DNA from: Waterburya sp.
GTDB taxonomy: Bacteria; Cyanobacteriota; Cyanobacteriia; Cyanobacteriales; Xenococcaceae
Direction of reading: 5' to 3'
NCBI GenBank assembly: GCA_965217895.1
Contig: CBDCJV010000002.1
Location: 4,096,001-4,160,000 of the forward strand
DNA length: 64,000 nucleotides
Numbering within the stretch: position 1 is the stretch's first letter; each line of letters opens with the position of its first letter. The notes beneath the pieces are model-generated. The model ran no database searches and had not been told where the DNA came from. It worked only from the letters and a program-made list of their open reading frames with translations. Positions 1 through 9,866 of the stretch are shown here, in pieces. The position numbers and the translations under genes were made by a program.

Positions 1-177
1 GGCTGTAAACTCTCCTTCTAGTAAATAGATTTGTTCAGAATGGCGGGTGTGACGGTGAAGGGGAGTCTGTGTACCAGCAGGGAAGTAGCCTTCAATGAGA
101 TCGTATTGACCACCCGTTGCCCTATGGTCGGCAATGATGCGGAAGTAGGCATCCAGAAACCAAAGTGATTGTGTCAT
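1..177 (-). CDS. Cupin-domain protein (quercetin dioxygenase-like), 3' end runs off the window
   Basis: Hand translation from ATG at 177: MTQSLWFLDAYFRIIADHRATGGQYDLIEGYFPAGTQTPLHRHTRHSEQIYLLEGEFTA, with the cupin motif PxHxH...E.IY.LEG. AGGAG lies upstream. Not in the ORF track. Confidence 0.85.
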   Translation of the reverse strand, partial: MTQSLWFLDAYFRIIADHRATGGQYDLIEGYFPAGTQTPLHRHTRHSEQIYLLEGEFTA

Positions 178-213
178 GAGATTGCTCCTAAGTTGTTTTG
201 TTTGTTGCAATGC

Positions 214-990
214 TTACGCTCCCTGTGCCTCTGCCCGCATAAATCCCCCATCCATAACGTAAGTAGAACCCGTCACATAGTCCGAGTCAGACGAGGCTAA
301 GAACAATGCTAGTTTGGCAACTTCTTCGGGCTGGGCTGCACGCTTCATGGGAATACTTTGCTCCATTGTTTGGCGCAGCTTAGGATCGTCAATAGCCTTC
401 TGGTTGATGGGCGTTAGGGTCATACCTGGAGCTAGATTGTTGACGTTGATTCCGTCTTCGGCTAGTTCTAAAGCCAGCGTCCAGCTAAGACTGCGTAAGC
501 CACCCTTGGACGCGCAGTAGTCAGCCGTATTAGGCGTGACCACTTCCTCATGAATAGAGGTTACGTTGATAATTTTTCCCTGACCGCCTTGTTCTTGGCG
601 ATGACGGGCAAAAAGGCGACACAGGTAGAACGGGCCAAATAGGTTGGTACGGATCGTCCTTTCAAACTCTTCGACTGGCATTTCCACAACAGATTTATGA
701 GCGCCGTTCGTACCAGCATTGTTGACCAAAATATCTAGCGTCTTAAACTCAGCTTGTGCCTGCTCGAACAACGCTTCTACCTGGTTAGAGTCACTTACAT
801 CAGCTTGAACGACAAAGGCTCGCTGACCAGCAGCTTCGACCTTCGTGCGCGTTTCTTCTGCGCCTTCTTTGTCGGTATGGTAAACAATAATAATGTCTGC
901 TCCTTCTTGGGCAAACTGACAGGCGATCGCCTGTCCGATACCTGAATCTGAGCCAGTAACCAGAGCAGTTTTATGGGTAAGTTTTTTCAT
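214..990 (-). CDS. SDR family oxidoreductase (glucose 1-dehydrogenase-like)
   Basis: TGSDSGIG, LVNNAG, YCASKGG, VTGSTYVMDGG motifs. Confidence 0.9.
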   Translation of the reverse strand: MKKLTHKTALVTGSDSGIGQAIACQFAQEGADIIIVYHTDKEGAEETRTKVEAAGQRAFVVQADVSDSNQVEALFEQAQAEFKTLDILVNNAGTNGAHKSVVEMPVEEFERTIRTNLFGPFYLCRLFARHRQEQGGQGKIINVTSIHEEVVTPNTADYCASKGGLRSLSWTLALELAEDGINVNNLAPGMTLTPINQKAIDDPKLRQTMEQSIPMKRAAQPEEVAKLALFLASSDSDYVTGSTYVMDGGFMRAEAQGA

Positions 991-1026
991 AGTAATATTT
1001 ACGAGATGATTTCAAACAAAATCTTT

Positions 1027-1160
1027 TTAAGAATCCAATTGCTAGAAAAATTACAATGCAGATCTCAGATAAGGAAATGTTAACGAGCTATATGAAATTA
1101 GCTTAAACCAAGTAGACTGAGCATTTCTTCCTCGTTCTTGCCTAAACTTGTCAAATCTTG
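1027..1160. repeat. Promoter-like block, copy 1 (diverged copy at 9496-9644)
   Basis: Shared colinear segments: TTAAGAATC, AGAAAAATTACAAT, AGATCTC, GCTTAAACCAA, GCATTTCTTCC, TTCTTGCC..ACTTG...AATCTTG. Confidence 0.75.
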
Positions 1161-1180
1161 TCTAAAGGAGTTATATTTTT

Positions 1181-2083
1181 ATGCCCTCTATTAAAAACGA
1201 CCAATATCTCTTTGAGTTTGAAACTGTACAGGTTAATGAACAGGGTCAGATTATCGAACGAAAGCAGAGTCAAGCATTTGCCTTTAGTGAACTCTTGGCA
1301 GATGAAATTGAACTAGAAATGGTAGCAATACCCAACGGTAAATTTATGATGGGTTCGTCAGAGTCTGAATATGATCGCTCGGAAGAGGAAAAGCCTCAAC
1401 ATCCAGTCACCATGCAACCGTTTTTTATGGGAAAGTATCCAGTCACCCAAGTGCAATGGCAGACGATCGCCAAGACTTTACCAGTAGAGCGAGAACTAGA
1501 CCCCGACCCATCTGCATTTGAAGGCGATAATCTACCCATAGAAGCTATTTATTGGGATGAAGCCATTGAATTTTGTCACCGCTTATCACGAGAGACAGGA
1601 CGAAGTTATCGACTACCGACGGAAGCAGAATGGGAATATGCTTGTCGGGCTGGAACTAAAACCCCTTTTAATTTTGGTCAGACAATTACTTCTGATTTAG
1701 CCAATTATCGAGGTACTGATGTTACAGATCCGAAATTGTCATTATCAGGTTTTTACGATCGAGGTCCAAAAGGTATTTACCGTCAAGAAACGACTCCAGT
1801 AGATACTTTTTTGCCGAATGCCTTTGGCTTATATGATATGCATGGAAATGTGTCGGAATGGTGCTTAGATCGTTGGCATGGTGATTATAAAGGCGCACCC
1901 GCTGACGGAAGTAGTTGGATATCTGATGGTGATGATAATGTAGTTATGCGGGGTGGTTCTTGGGATGCCTTTCCGCGTCTTTGCCGTTCTGCAAGTCGCC
2001 AACTCCAGTCTCCAGAAAGATACATCAGCCGACTTTGCACTATTGGTTTTCGAGTTGTCTGTGAGATTCCCAGAACTCCGTAA
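1181..2083 (+). CDS. Stand-alone formylglycine-generating enzyme (FGE-sulfatase/SUMF1) domain protein
   Basis: FMMGS, RLPTEAEWEYACRAG, NAFGLYDMHGNVSEW, RGGSW, GFRVV; AAGGAG RBS. Confidence 0.92.
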   Translation: MPSIKNDQYLFEFETVQVNEQGQIIERKQSQAFAFSELLADEIELEMVAIPNGKFMMGSSESEYDRSEEEKPQHPVTMQPFFMGKYPVTQVQWQTIAKTLPVERELDPDPSAFEGDNLPIEAIYWDEAIEFCHRLSRETGRSYRLPTEAEWEYACRAGTKTPFNFGQTITSDLANYRGTDVTDPKLSLSGFYDRGPKGIYRQETTPVDTFLPNAFGLYDMHGNVSEWCLDRWHGDYKGAPADGSSWISDGDDNVVMRGGSWDAFPRLCRSASRQLQSPERYISRLCTIGFRVVCEIPRTP

Positions 2084-2148
2084 TTCTTTAGACCCAATTA
2101 TTCGGTACCGAGGGCGGTTTTACGGGCAAGTTTTTTTATATAGATGCT

Positions 2149-2862
2149 TTAGTTGGATCGTCGGGTTTCAGATATTTTTAGCTGATAAAATGCTAGTAAT
2201 AGCAACAGCAAAGCAACTGCCGTTATTGTCAAGTTTTTCAAGTAAAGTACCATACCAGCTCCACCTCCTGCGCCGAGGATGAAAGCCAGCCAGAGCGAAC
2301 CAATAAGAGGGGAAGTGGGATCGCCTCGCCTCTGGCGGTCAGTAGCCGAAGCTGGCGTTGAAGCAAGATGGTGATGCCTTCGATCAAACTCATGCTTAAT
2401 TAGCTTAGTAACCATGCCAGTAACATAAGTGGTATGTACGCTAACGCCATTTGCTTTTTGTAAAGCACCGTTCTGTAGTCCGAGAGCCAGACACATAAAA
2501 CTAATGAACAGTTCTCGATTATATGACTGATGAAGATTTCTACTAAAACCAGCAGCTATGAAAACTATAGTGGCTTCTAAAAAAAGCGCAGTGGTCAAGG
2601 AAAATCTCGAGAATTTGCGTTTTGCTAAGTGTTCCGTAGTCAAACTCAATAGAAGACCGAGCCAGAAAACAGCGATCGCCAAAAAACGATCCATAGCCAC
2701 CGACCATTCACGATTGACGAGACTGACGGCAGCCAAAATAGAATTTCCCGTGATATGTCCAGTAAAGGTTTGAGCCAGAAGATAGCTAGACGCATCGACA
2801 TAGCCGCCAACAAACGCTAGTCCTAAAGAGATCCAAGTTTCCCGATTTTTGACTATACTCAT
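2149..2862 (-). CDS. YoaK/DUF1275 family membrane protein
   Basis: LAFVGGYVDA..FTGHITGN and LGLQN...TTYVTG motifs; multiple hydrophobic helices. Confidence 0.85.
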   Translation of the reverse strand: MSIVKNRETWISLGLAFVGGYVDASSYLLAQTFTGHITGNSILAAVSLVNREWSVAMDRFLAIAVFWLGLLLSLTTEHLAKRKFSRFSLTTALFLEATIVFIAAGFSRNLHQSYNRELFISFMCLALGLQNGALQKANGVSVHTTYVTGMVTKLIKHEFDRRHHHLASTPASATDRQRRGDPTSPLIGSLWLAFILGAGGGAGMVLYLKNLTITAVALLLLLLAFYQLKISETRRSN

Positions 2863-2936
2863 TCTTGGTTCTCTTACAGCCGAAAGTGTCTTTATTTAAA
2901 AAGCTCTTAGCTCTTAGCTATTAGCTTTTAGCTATA

Positions 2937-4580
2937 TTATGCGAGTTTTTTGTACTCTGGTTTGTAGACCTGCTGGCGAATGAATGTCTCAAGATCATTA
3001 GGGCGACCGACGCGGGCTAAATCGCTATCAAACACCAGCTTTGCCACCCGAATCGCCGTTTTGATTTCGATTTCGAGAATGTCGGACTGCAACGGATAAA
3101 TTAGCCCTTGTTTCATCTGGTCTTCTGGCACTTGGTCGGCAACGGCGTAAGCAGCCTCGATGAACATCTCATCAGAGACACGCTTGGCTTGCGTTGCATA
3201 GATAGCTAAACCAACTGCTGGAAAAATATAGAAATTGTTGGCTTGCCCAGGTAAAAAGGTCTTGCCGTCTAAATGAACGGGAGAAAACTGTACGCCAGCA
3301 GCGTAGATTGCCTTCCCCTTTGACCATTTATATGCCTGTTGGGCAGTACATTCGGCGTGTTCTGTCGGATTTGAAAGTGCTAGAATGACAGGGCGATCGT
3401 TTAGCTGCGACATCGTTTCGACCACCTCTTGAGAGAAAGCGCCGCCAACGGTGCTGACCCCAATAATTGTAGTAGGCTTAAGGCTCTTAATCGCTTCTAT
3501 AAAGTCTTTGGTGGGGTCATGCTTATGAGCGTAGGGCTTCTGGAAGTCTACGAGATCTGTACGAGTAGTTTCTAATAGTCCGTTGATATCAAACATCGAC
3601 ACCCGTGACTGAGCGTCTTTAAGCTCCATGCCCTGCTGCACGAGAGCGGTACAGAGCAAGTTAGCCAGACCAATTGCTGCTGAGCCTGCCCCCAAGAACA
3701 GATACTTCTCGTCTTTTAGTTCTGTGCCTTTAAGTTTGGTCGCGTTAATCATCCCTGCTAAGGTAATGCCTGCTGTACCCTGTACATCGTCGTTGTAGCA
3801 AGATACTTTGTCTCGATAGCGTTCTAGCAAATGAACCGCATCTACCCCCGTCCAGTCTTCAAAGTGGATGCAGCATTTGGGAAACACTTCCTGCACAGCA
3901 TCGACAAATTCATCTACAAAAGAATAAAGGTCTTCAGTGGAAGGACGGGGCTTTTGCAAGCCTAAATACAGCGGATCGTTTAAGTACTGCTCGTTATTTG
4001 TGCCAGCATCGAGATAGATAGGCAATAAGCCTTCTGGAGGAACACCCGCAGCAGCCGTGTAAAGCTGTAGCTTGCCTATGGGAATGCCCATACCGTTAGC
4101 ACCAAGATCGCCCAATCCTAGAATGCGTCCGCCATTGGTAACACAGATAACTCTGACATCTTTAACAGACCAGTTACGCAGAATCTCTTTTACCTGTCCT
4201 CGACGCTCGATTGAGATATACATACCTCTTGGGCTGCGGAAAATATGTCCAAACTTGAGACAAGCTTCACCAATGGTAGGGTCATAGACAATAGGTAGAA
4301 ACCGCGTTGGATCGGACATAATAGTTCGATAGAACAAGGTTTCATCATGATCTAGTAGATTCATTAGATAGATATATCGGTCGAGGTCGGTATTCTTGTT
4401 GCCAAGTTGCTGCATCACGCGCTTAAGCTGTAGATCTTCAGACTCAATTTTGTCGGGGATTAGCCCGATCAAACCGAGTGACTTTTTTTCATCTTCTGTG
4501 TAGGCGGTGGACTTATTCAATGCTGGGTCAAGTAGTAATTCAACGCCATGCTTGTTTGTCTTGTTCGTTTCAGTAGTCAT
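2937..4580 (-). CDS. maeA: Malic enzyme (MaeA/SfcA type)
   Basis: RILGLGDLG..GMGIPIGKL, FEDW, NDDVQGT, GAGSAAIG, LSNPT, GQANN. Confidence 0.9.
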   Translation of the reverse strand: MTTETNKTNKHGVELLLDPALNKSTAYTEDEKKSLGLIGLIPDKIESEDLQLKRVMQQLGNKNTDLDRYIYLMNLLDHDETLFYRTIMSDPTRFLPIVYDPTIGEACLKFGHIFRSPRGMYISIERRGQVKEILRNWSVKDVRVICVTNGGRILGLGDLGANGMGIPIGKLQLYTAAAGVPPEGLLPIYLDAGTNNEQYLNDPLYLGLQKPRPSTEDLYSFVDEFVDAVQEVFPKCCIHFEDWTGVDAVHLLERYRDKVSCYNDDVQGTAGITLAGMINATKLKGTELKDEKYLFLGAGSAAIGLANLLCTALVQQGMELKDAQSRVSMFDINGLLETTRTDLVDFQKPYAHKHDPTKDFIEAIKSLKPTTIIGVSTVGGAFSQEVVETMSQLNDRPVILALSNPTEHAECTAQQAYKWSKGKAIYAAGVQFSPVHLDGKTFLPGQANNFYIFPAVGLAIYATQAKRVSDEMFIEAAYAVADQVPEDQMKQGLIYPLQSDILEIEIKTAIRVAKLVFDSDLARVGRPNDLETFIRQQVYKPEYKKLA

Positions 4581-4648
4581 GTTTTTTGTCCTAATTATTG
4601 AGAGTTATTAATGAAAATTAATTTGGTCAGATGTACAAGCAAAAGCCT

Positions 4649-6055
4649 CTACGACTTCTTCAGATCCTGGGGACGAACCATCTTGGCGGGAGCGACTACT
4701 TTGTCAAACTCATCAGCAGAAATATATTCCAACTTTAGAGCAGCTTCTTTAAGCGTCATATCGTGGTCAAGCGCATAGTGCGCTACCTTTGAAGACTTAT
4801 CGTAGCCAATCACGGGACTAAGAGCCGTTACTAGCATGAGAGACTGCTTAACAAAGGCATCAATCTGTTTGTGATTGGGTTCTGTGCCAACCACCAAAAA
4901 CTTACTAAAGTTGTGGCAGCTATCGCTCATAATCCGAATCGAGTGCATCACGTTATGAATGATTAGTGGTTTGTAAACGTTCATTTCTAGATAACCACTG
5001 GCACTCCCAAACGTTACCGCCACATCATTGGCTATTACCTGCACTGCCACCATCGCCAAGGCTTCACACTGGGTTGGATTTACCTTTCCTGGCATGATTG
5101 ACGAACCAGGCTCGTTGGCTGGAATATTTAGCTCGTTAATTCCACAGCGCGGTCCACAGCTCAACAGACGAATATCATTGGCAATTTTGTATAGAGAGCT
5201 TGCCAGGGTTTTCAGCGCACCACTGAGCATTACCAGTGCGTCGTGGCTACCCTGCACCGTAAACTTGTTGGGCGCGCTCACAAAGGGCAGTTTAGTAAGA
5301 TTAGCAATCTCTTTGGCAACTGCATCGGCAAATTCAGGCGTTGAATTAATGCCCGTGCCAACTGCCGTACCACCCAGGGCGAGGCGATACACTCCTTTCA
5401 AGCTATCGCTTAGGTGTTCTAAGTCATCATCCAACAATCCTACATAGCCTGAAAACTCCTGTCCTAGTGTCAGCGGTGTTGCATCCTGTAAGTGAGTGCG
5501 ACCAATCTTGACTATATCTTTCCAGATTTCTGCTTTGGCATTGAAAGCATTACGCAGTGCTTTAACCGAGGGCATCAGGTTTTGAGTTACCCCCTTAGCA
5601 GCCGTCATGTACATCGCCGAGGGAAACGAGTCGTTAGACGACTGGGACATATTCACATGATCGTTGGGATGCACAGGCTTTTTGCTGCCCAGCGGATTTC
5701 CCGCTAGCTGACAACAGCGATTAGAAATTACTTCGTTGACATTCATGTTGAACTGAGTGCCACTACCCGTCATCCACACGTACAAGGGAAACTGATCTAA
5801 ATGCTGCCCTGCTAAAATCTCATCGCATACTTGAACAATCAGATCGTGCTGTTCATCTTCTAACTCCCCAGATTGATGATTGACGATCGCGGCTGCTTTT
5901 TTGAGTTCTGCATATGCCCGAATCATCTCGCGGGGAATTAAATCATCCCCAATACTAAAGTGTTCTAGCGATCGCTGGGTCTGCGCTCCCCAAAGCTTGC
6001 CAGCAGGTACTTTTACTTCCCCAAGGCTGTCGGTTTCAACCCGAAAATCAGTCAT
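4649..6055 (-). CDS. fumC: Class II fumarate hydratase
   Basis: [43 protein letters not shown]. Confidence 0.93.
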   Translation of the reverse strand: MTDFRVETDSLGEVKVPAGKLWGAQTQRSLEHFSIGDDLIPREMIRAYAELKKAAAIVNHQSGELEDEQHDLIVQVCDEILAGQHLDQFPLYVWMTGSGTQFNMNVNEVISNRCCQLAGNPLGSKKPVHPNDHVNMSQSSNDSFPSAMYMTAAKGVTQNLMPSVKALRNAFNAKAEIWKDIVKIGRTHLQDATPLTLGQEFSGYVGLLDDDLEHLSDSLKGVYRLALGGTAVGTGINSTPEFADAVAKEIANLTKLPFVSAPNKFTVQGSHDALVMLSGALKTLASSLYKIANDIRLLSCGPRCGINELNIPANEPGSSIMPGKVNPTQCEALAMVAVQVIANDVAVTFGSASGYLEMNVYKPLIIHNVMHSIRIMSDSCHNFSKFLVVGTEPNHKQIDAFVKQSLMLVTALSPVIGYDKSSKVAHYALDHDMTLKEAALKLEYISADEFDKVVAPAKMVRPQDLKKS

Positions 6056-6237
6056 ATGAATGTTCCTATATCTATTTCTTAAATGCTTTACTAGACCGAC
6101 AACTGTCGCTCTATGGAATGATTGCTACATCGAGTAATAAAGCTGGAAAAAAATATTGCTGCGATGGATCTACAACACTAAAGTTGTAAAAATCGGTTTT
6201 TGTCAATTATATATTTGACATAATATACTTTATGATT

Positions 6238-6450
6238 CAATAAGATCGTGTTGCTCGTTACCTAGCTCTTCAAATTGACGCTCGCAGCCGCTTTTCCGAG
6301 TTCTGCGTATGCTCGAATCATCTCTCGTGGGATTAAGTCATTTCCAATGCTGAAGTGTTCTAGCGATCGCTGGCTCTGCGCGCCTCAAAGCTTGTCAGCA
6401 GATACTTTAACTTCACCGAGGCTATCGGTTTCCAGCCGAAACTCAGCCAG
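6238..6450 (-). pseudogene. fumC: fumC 5' fragment
   Basis: Translates [61 protein letters not shown] replaces ATG, TGG>TGA at 6385-6387, then a deletion and truncation. Confidence 0.88.
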
Positions 6451-6580
6451 ATAGCCACTCTTATAACTAAGTGATGTTTAAAACCTTATACGTCCTGAGT
6501 TGTGGTTCTTAGAGGTATGGTATAGAAAGAACTCTCTTGCTCGAGCGCTCATTTTTTCAAGCAAAATAATTGCTGCTGTT

Positions 6581-7486
6581 TTAGGAAGATCCTTGGCTGA
6601 GAAATTGTTTAATTGTCATGGGTTTGATGTCAGGATAGCGATCGTTTTGAATGCGATCTAGTTTGCCCTTGCCCGATACCATCGCGTAAATGTACTGGTC
6701 GTAAACATATTCTTCGATTGAACTGGCTGACGCTTTTTTGTCAGCAATCCAGGCTTTCATCTCAGAGATACTACCCAATGATTTTTCGGTTAGTTTGTTG
6801 CCTGTCGCTGCTTCATAAGTAGACTTCAACTGTTTTGGGGTCATAGTGTCACCTGCGACTTCCAGCGCGGTGTTTGCTAGGTCTGGGTCGCTCACCGCTT
6901 CGGCTGTGTACTTGGCAGTATCATCAGTAGTCGTAAAATTCATCGGCATTTCACCATCGCCCCAATATTGAAATGCCTGATGTTCTAGGTCAAACAGTGG
7001 CATATAGGTGATGTACTCCATAAACATCCCGTTCAAAACTAGGGTGTATTCCAAACCGCTTTGCTGAAGATGCTCAAACACTTCCTTGCGCATATCTAAA
7101 TTGTGATTGTCGCCATAATCGAGCTGGCGATAGTCAGCAGAATAATCTGAGGGAATGAACCGCTTCACCCCTTGCTGTTTGGCAGCATCAATCAAGTTTT
7201 TCTGTCCTGGCACAGTCACTTCACTATTCCCAATCGCCGAGACGACAACATCGACCCCTGCGCAGGCTGGCAGTAACGTCTCAGGCTGCATTACATCGGC
7301 TTCGACGAGGGTTGCGCCCTTGGCTTTCATTGCGTCTATCTTTTGACGATTTTCTGGCTTGGGATCGTTACTTTGTCGCACCATTGCGCGAACATTAAGA
7401 TTACCTTTGTCGAGTAGAGCAAGAACAATCTTAGAACCTAGCATTCCAGTAGAGCCAGCGACTAAAACCGTTAATTTTGTAGCCAT
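6581..7486 (-). CDS. NmrA/isoflavone reductase-like NAD(P)-binding protein
   Basis: VAGSTGMLG, GVKRFIPSDY. Confidence 0.85.
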   Translation of the reverse strand: MATKLTVLVAGSTGMLGSKIVLALLDKGNLNVRAMVRQSNDPKPENRQKIDAMKAKGATLVEADVMQPETLLPACAGVDVVVSAIGNSEVTVPGQKNLIDAAKQQGVKRFIPSDYSADYRQLDYGDNHNLDMRKEVFEHLQQSGLEYTLVLNGMFMEYITYMPLFDLEHQAFQYWGDGEMPMNFTTTDDTAKYTAEAVSDPDLANTALEVAGDTMTPKQLKSTYEAATGNKLTEKSLGSISEMKAWIADKKASASSIEEYVYDQYIYAMVSGKGKLDRIQNDRYPDIKPMTIKQFLSQGSS

Positions 7487-7627
7487 GATTGATTTTCCTC
7501 TTAAAGTTTACAGAAATTGTTCTTTGTTGCTATTTCTCAATGAGACAGGCTTATTACCTAAAAAGTAATTGCACAAAAAGCGATCGAGTTGTTGGAGCTA
7601 AACTCGAAGCGTCCAGTGTCGGGGAAT

Positions 7628-8137
7628 TTAGTCTGTAAAACCTTCTAAGTAAATAGTTTTAGCAGCAGGATATTTTTCAACAACTGACTCAAGCACTTTG
7701 TTTGCTTCTTCTTGAGTCGGAAAAGACACTGAAGGGGGTAAAGTACGTGCTTCTGCGGGTACAGTCGTTGCCATAATCACATATTCAAACCCTGCGGGCA
7801 CATAAGTATTGATGAGTCGTACTGTTTCTGAGTCGATTTGAAAGGCGTGTTTTGTGCCTGGTGGAATTGCCACAAACGAGCCAGCGGTTCCTTTAATTGG
7901 CTTATCTTCAACAAAGAAGGTGGCTTCGCCTTCGAGGATGTAGAAGGTTTCCTGTGCTACCTCATGGATATGCGGTCCTGCTGATGGACCTTGCGGTATT
8001 AACTGCTCTATACAGGAGTAGGCTCCATTCGTATCTTCGGCAGTCGCCAGCATAGTCCAGAGAATACCCAAACCCCAGTAAGCAGGAGCCTCAGTATTGC
8101 TGGCTTCAAAAGCTTGTAGCTTATTTTGTGCATTCAT
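7628..8137 (-). CDS. Cupin-domain protein (QdoI-like)
   Basis: GPHIHEVAQETFYILEG...PPGTKHAF; start moved to the ATG at 8137, which follows AAGGA. Confidence 0.85.
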   Translation of the reverse strand: MNAQNKLQAFEASNTEAPAYWGLGILWTMLATAEDTNGAYSCIEQLIPQGPSAGPHIHEVAQETFYILEGEATFFVEDKPIKGTAGSFVAIPPGTKHAFQIDSETVRLINTYVPAGFEYVIMATTVPAEARTLPPSVSFPTQEEANKVLESVVEKYPAAKTIYLEGFTD

Positions 8138-8315
8138 ATATAAATCCTTTAATTTGATAGGTGATGACAGCGATCGCCGACTTTTCATCTTGATCGGGTT
8201 CAAATTGAGTTTAGTGCGAACCCAATCTATTGTTTAACGATTCCAATTTTCTCAAGTCTTCACCGCTATAGCTTGCAACCTTAATTTAGTGCCATTTATA
8301 CATAGCTTAATAAGT

Positions 8316-9251
8316 TTAAGCATCGAAATCTATCATGTTCTTGCTGTCTTGAATGTATTGCCTTGGAGTAACACAAACAAGCCGCTTGAAGTGCGATCCA
8401 AAGTGGCTTTGACTCGCAAATCCAGTTTCAGCAGCGACTTTCTCGATCAGCCACTCTTTTCTCAGCAGCCGTTTTGCCTGCAAAATTCGCACTTGAATTT
8501 GATAAGCGTGCGGTGGCAGTCCAAACGTTTTGCGAAACTCTCGATTGAGATGAAAGGAACTCAAGCTTGCAACCCGTGCTAATTGCTCTAACGAGATTTC
8601 TCGATCATAATTTTCTTCTATATATGCCCGAACGCGACCGACAGGCTGACGTTCTTCCCCTAACTTGGCAAGACAAGGTGAATTTTTAGCACAGCGTAGA
8701 ATCAATTTGGCTAACAAATCTAGTATTAATGTCTGTTGTTCGAGTTGAGAACTAGATTGTGATAAAACTTGATGAACTCGAACGATTTGCTTATTCAGGT
8801 CGCGGTCATGGACTAGAGGCATCGGAAAAAATGGCAGATCCGTTTTGCGCCCTGCAACTTCTGTTGCAACTTGTTGAAGCAAATCTGTACCTATCCGTAG
8901 CCCTCGAAAAACACGGTCTCGATCGCTTTTAGACTCAGCATAATGTGCTTCTCCAGGTTGTATTACTACCAGGGTATCTGATGGAACGCTATGTATCACA
9001 CCTCGGTAATTAAACCGCCAGCCGTCACCCTGCCTGATGCCAAGCTCCAGTTCTTCATGGAAATGGCGCGGCAATGAATGGCTTTTAGAAACACCATGCA
9101 CTAACTCGATCGATTGCAAGTGCTGAGGTCGCCAAACTTTAGTGCGTGATAGATTTACTTTTGGCGATCGCTGGGTCTGCGCTCCCCAAAGCTTGTCAGC
9201 GGGTACTTTTACTTCCCCAAGGCTGTCGGCTTCAACTCGAAAATCAGTCAT
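8316..9251 (-). CDS. AraC family regulator whose first 29 aa derive from FumC
   Basis: PRHFHEE AraC-binding domain, C-terminal double HTH (GFASQSHF..HFKR..TPRQY). N-terminus [29 protein letters not shown] is near-identical to FumC at 4649-6055. Confidence 0.88.
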   Translation of the reverse strand: MTDFRVEADSLGEVKVPADKLWGAQTQRSPKVNLSRTKVWRPQHLQSIELVHGVSKSHSLPRHFHEELELGIRQGDGWRFNYRGVIHSVPSDTLVVIQPGEAHYAESKSDRDRVFRGLRIGTDLLQQVATEVAGRKTDLPFFPMPLVHDRDLNKQIVRVHQVLSQSSSQLEQQTLILDLLAKLILRCAKNSPCLAKLGEERQPVGRVRAYIEENYDREISLEQLARVASLSSFHLNREFRKTFGLPPHAYQIQVRILQAKRLLRKEWLIEKVAAETGFASQSHFGSHFKRLVCVTPRQYIQDSKNMIDFDA

Positions 9252-9359
9252 AATTACTTTATCAGTTAATATAGGTATTTTTTGTTTCTTCTTTGAGCTG
9301 TAATAGTTTGTTTGTCTAATTAGCCGTTAGGGCGATCGCAGCGGGTAAAACTACAATCA

Positions 9360-9494
9360 TCATCTTTGGTCGAGCAGAACCAGATTGTAGTCACCAGGAA
9401 CTGTAAAATAGTGTTCTAACCCAACGGTTTCGAGAAGTTCGGTAAGATAAGTGCCGATATTATGTTGAATACTCGGATTGTTTGGTTTATTCAT
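9360..9494 (-). pseudogene. Truncated pyruvate/2-oxoacid decarboxylase (TPP enzyme) N-terminus
   Basis: Hand translation MNKPNNPSIQHNIGTYLTELLETVGLEHYFTVPGDYNLVLLDQR**; GTYL...G..H.F.VPGDYNLVLLD matches the PDC/IPDC N-terminal signature. Confidence 0.8.
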
Positions 9495-9495
9495 A

Positions 9496-9644
9496 TTAAG
9501 AATCTAACGATCAGAAAAATTACAATCGAGATCTCTGTGCAATAAAGAAATGCTTAAATATTATTGATGAATCATTAATAATGAGCTTAAACCAAATAGA
9601 GCGGGCATTTCTTCCATTTTCTTGCCCAGACTTGCCTAATCTTG
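9496..9644. repeat. Promoter-like block, copy 2 (see 1027-1160)
   Basis: Colinear similarity to 1027-1160. Confidence 0.75.
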
Positions 9645-9662
9645 CGCTACCAGACAGACAAA

Positions 9663-9866
9663 ATGAAATTTGAAACGGAAAGATTGAGGATTAGGGAAAT
9701 CCTGGACAGTGATTTTGATGGTTTTTACGATCTTCATAGAAATAAAAATGTAATGGGTATGATTCCAACAAAAACCTTAGATTTTGAGCAAACCCAGCAA
9801 GAATTTCAAAAAATTATTCGAGAAACTGAAATAGGTGACTTCCGAACCAGTTTTACCACCAATTAA
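9663..9866 (+). pseudogene. RimJ/RimL-type GNAT acetyltransferase N-terminal fragment
   Basis: MKFETERLRIREILDSDFDGFYDLH..KNVM; ends after about 67 aa. Confidence 0.7.

Noticed and set aside
1950..2083. FGE/CLec domain as a diversity-generating retroelement target
   Set aside because: No reverse transcriptase or template repeat is seen in the window, and codons such as CAA/CAG in the would-be variable region do not fit adenine mutagenesis of AAY codons.
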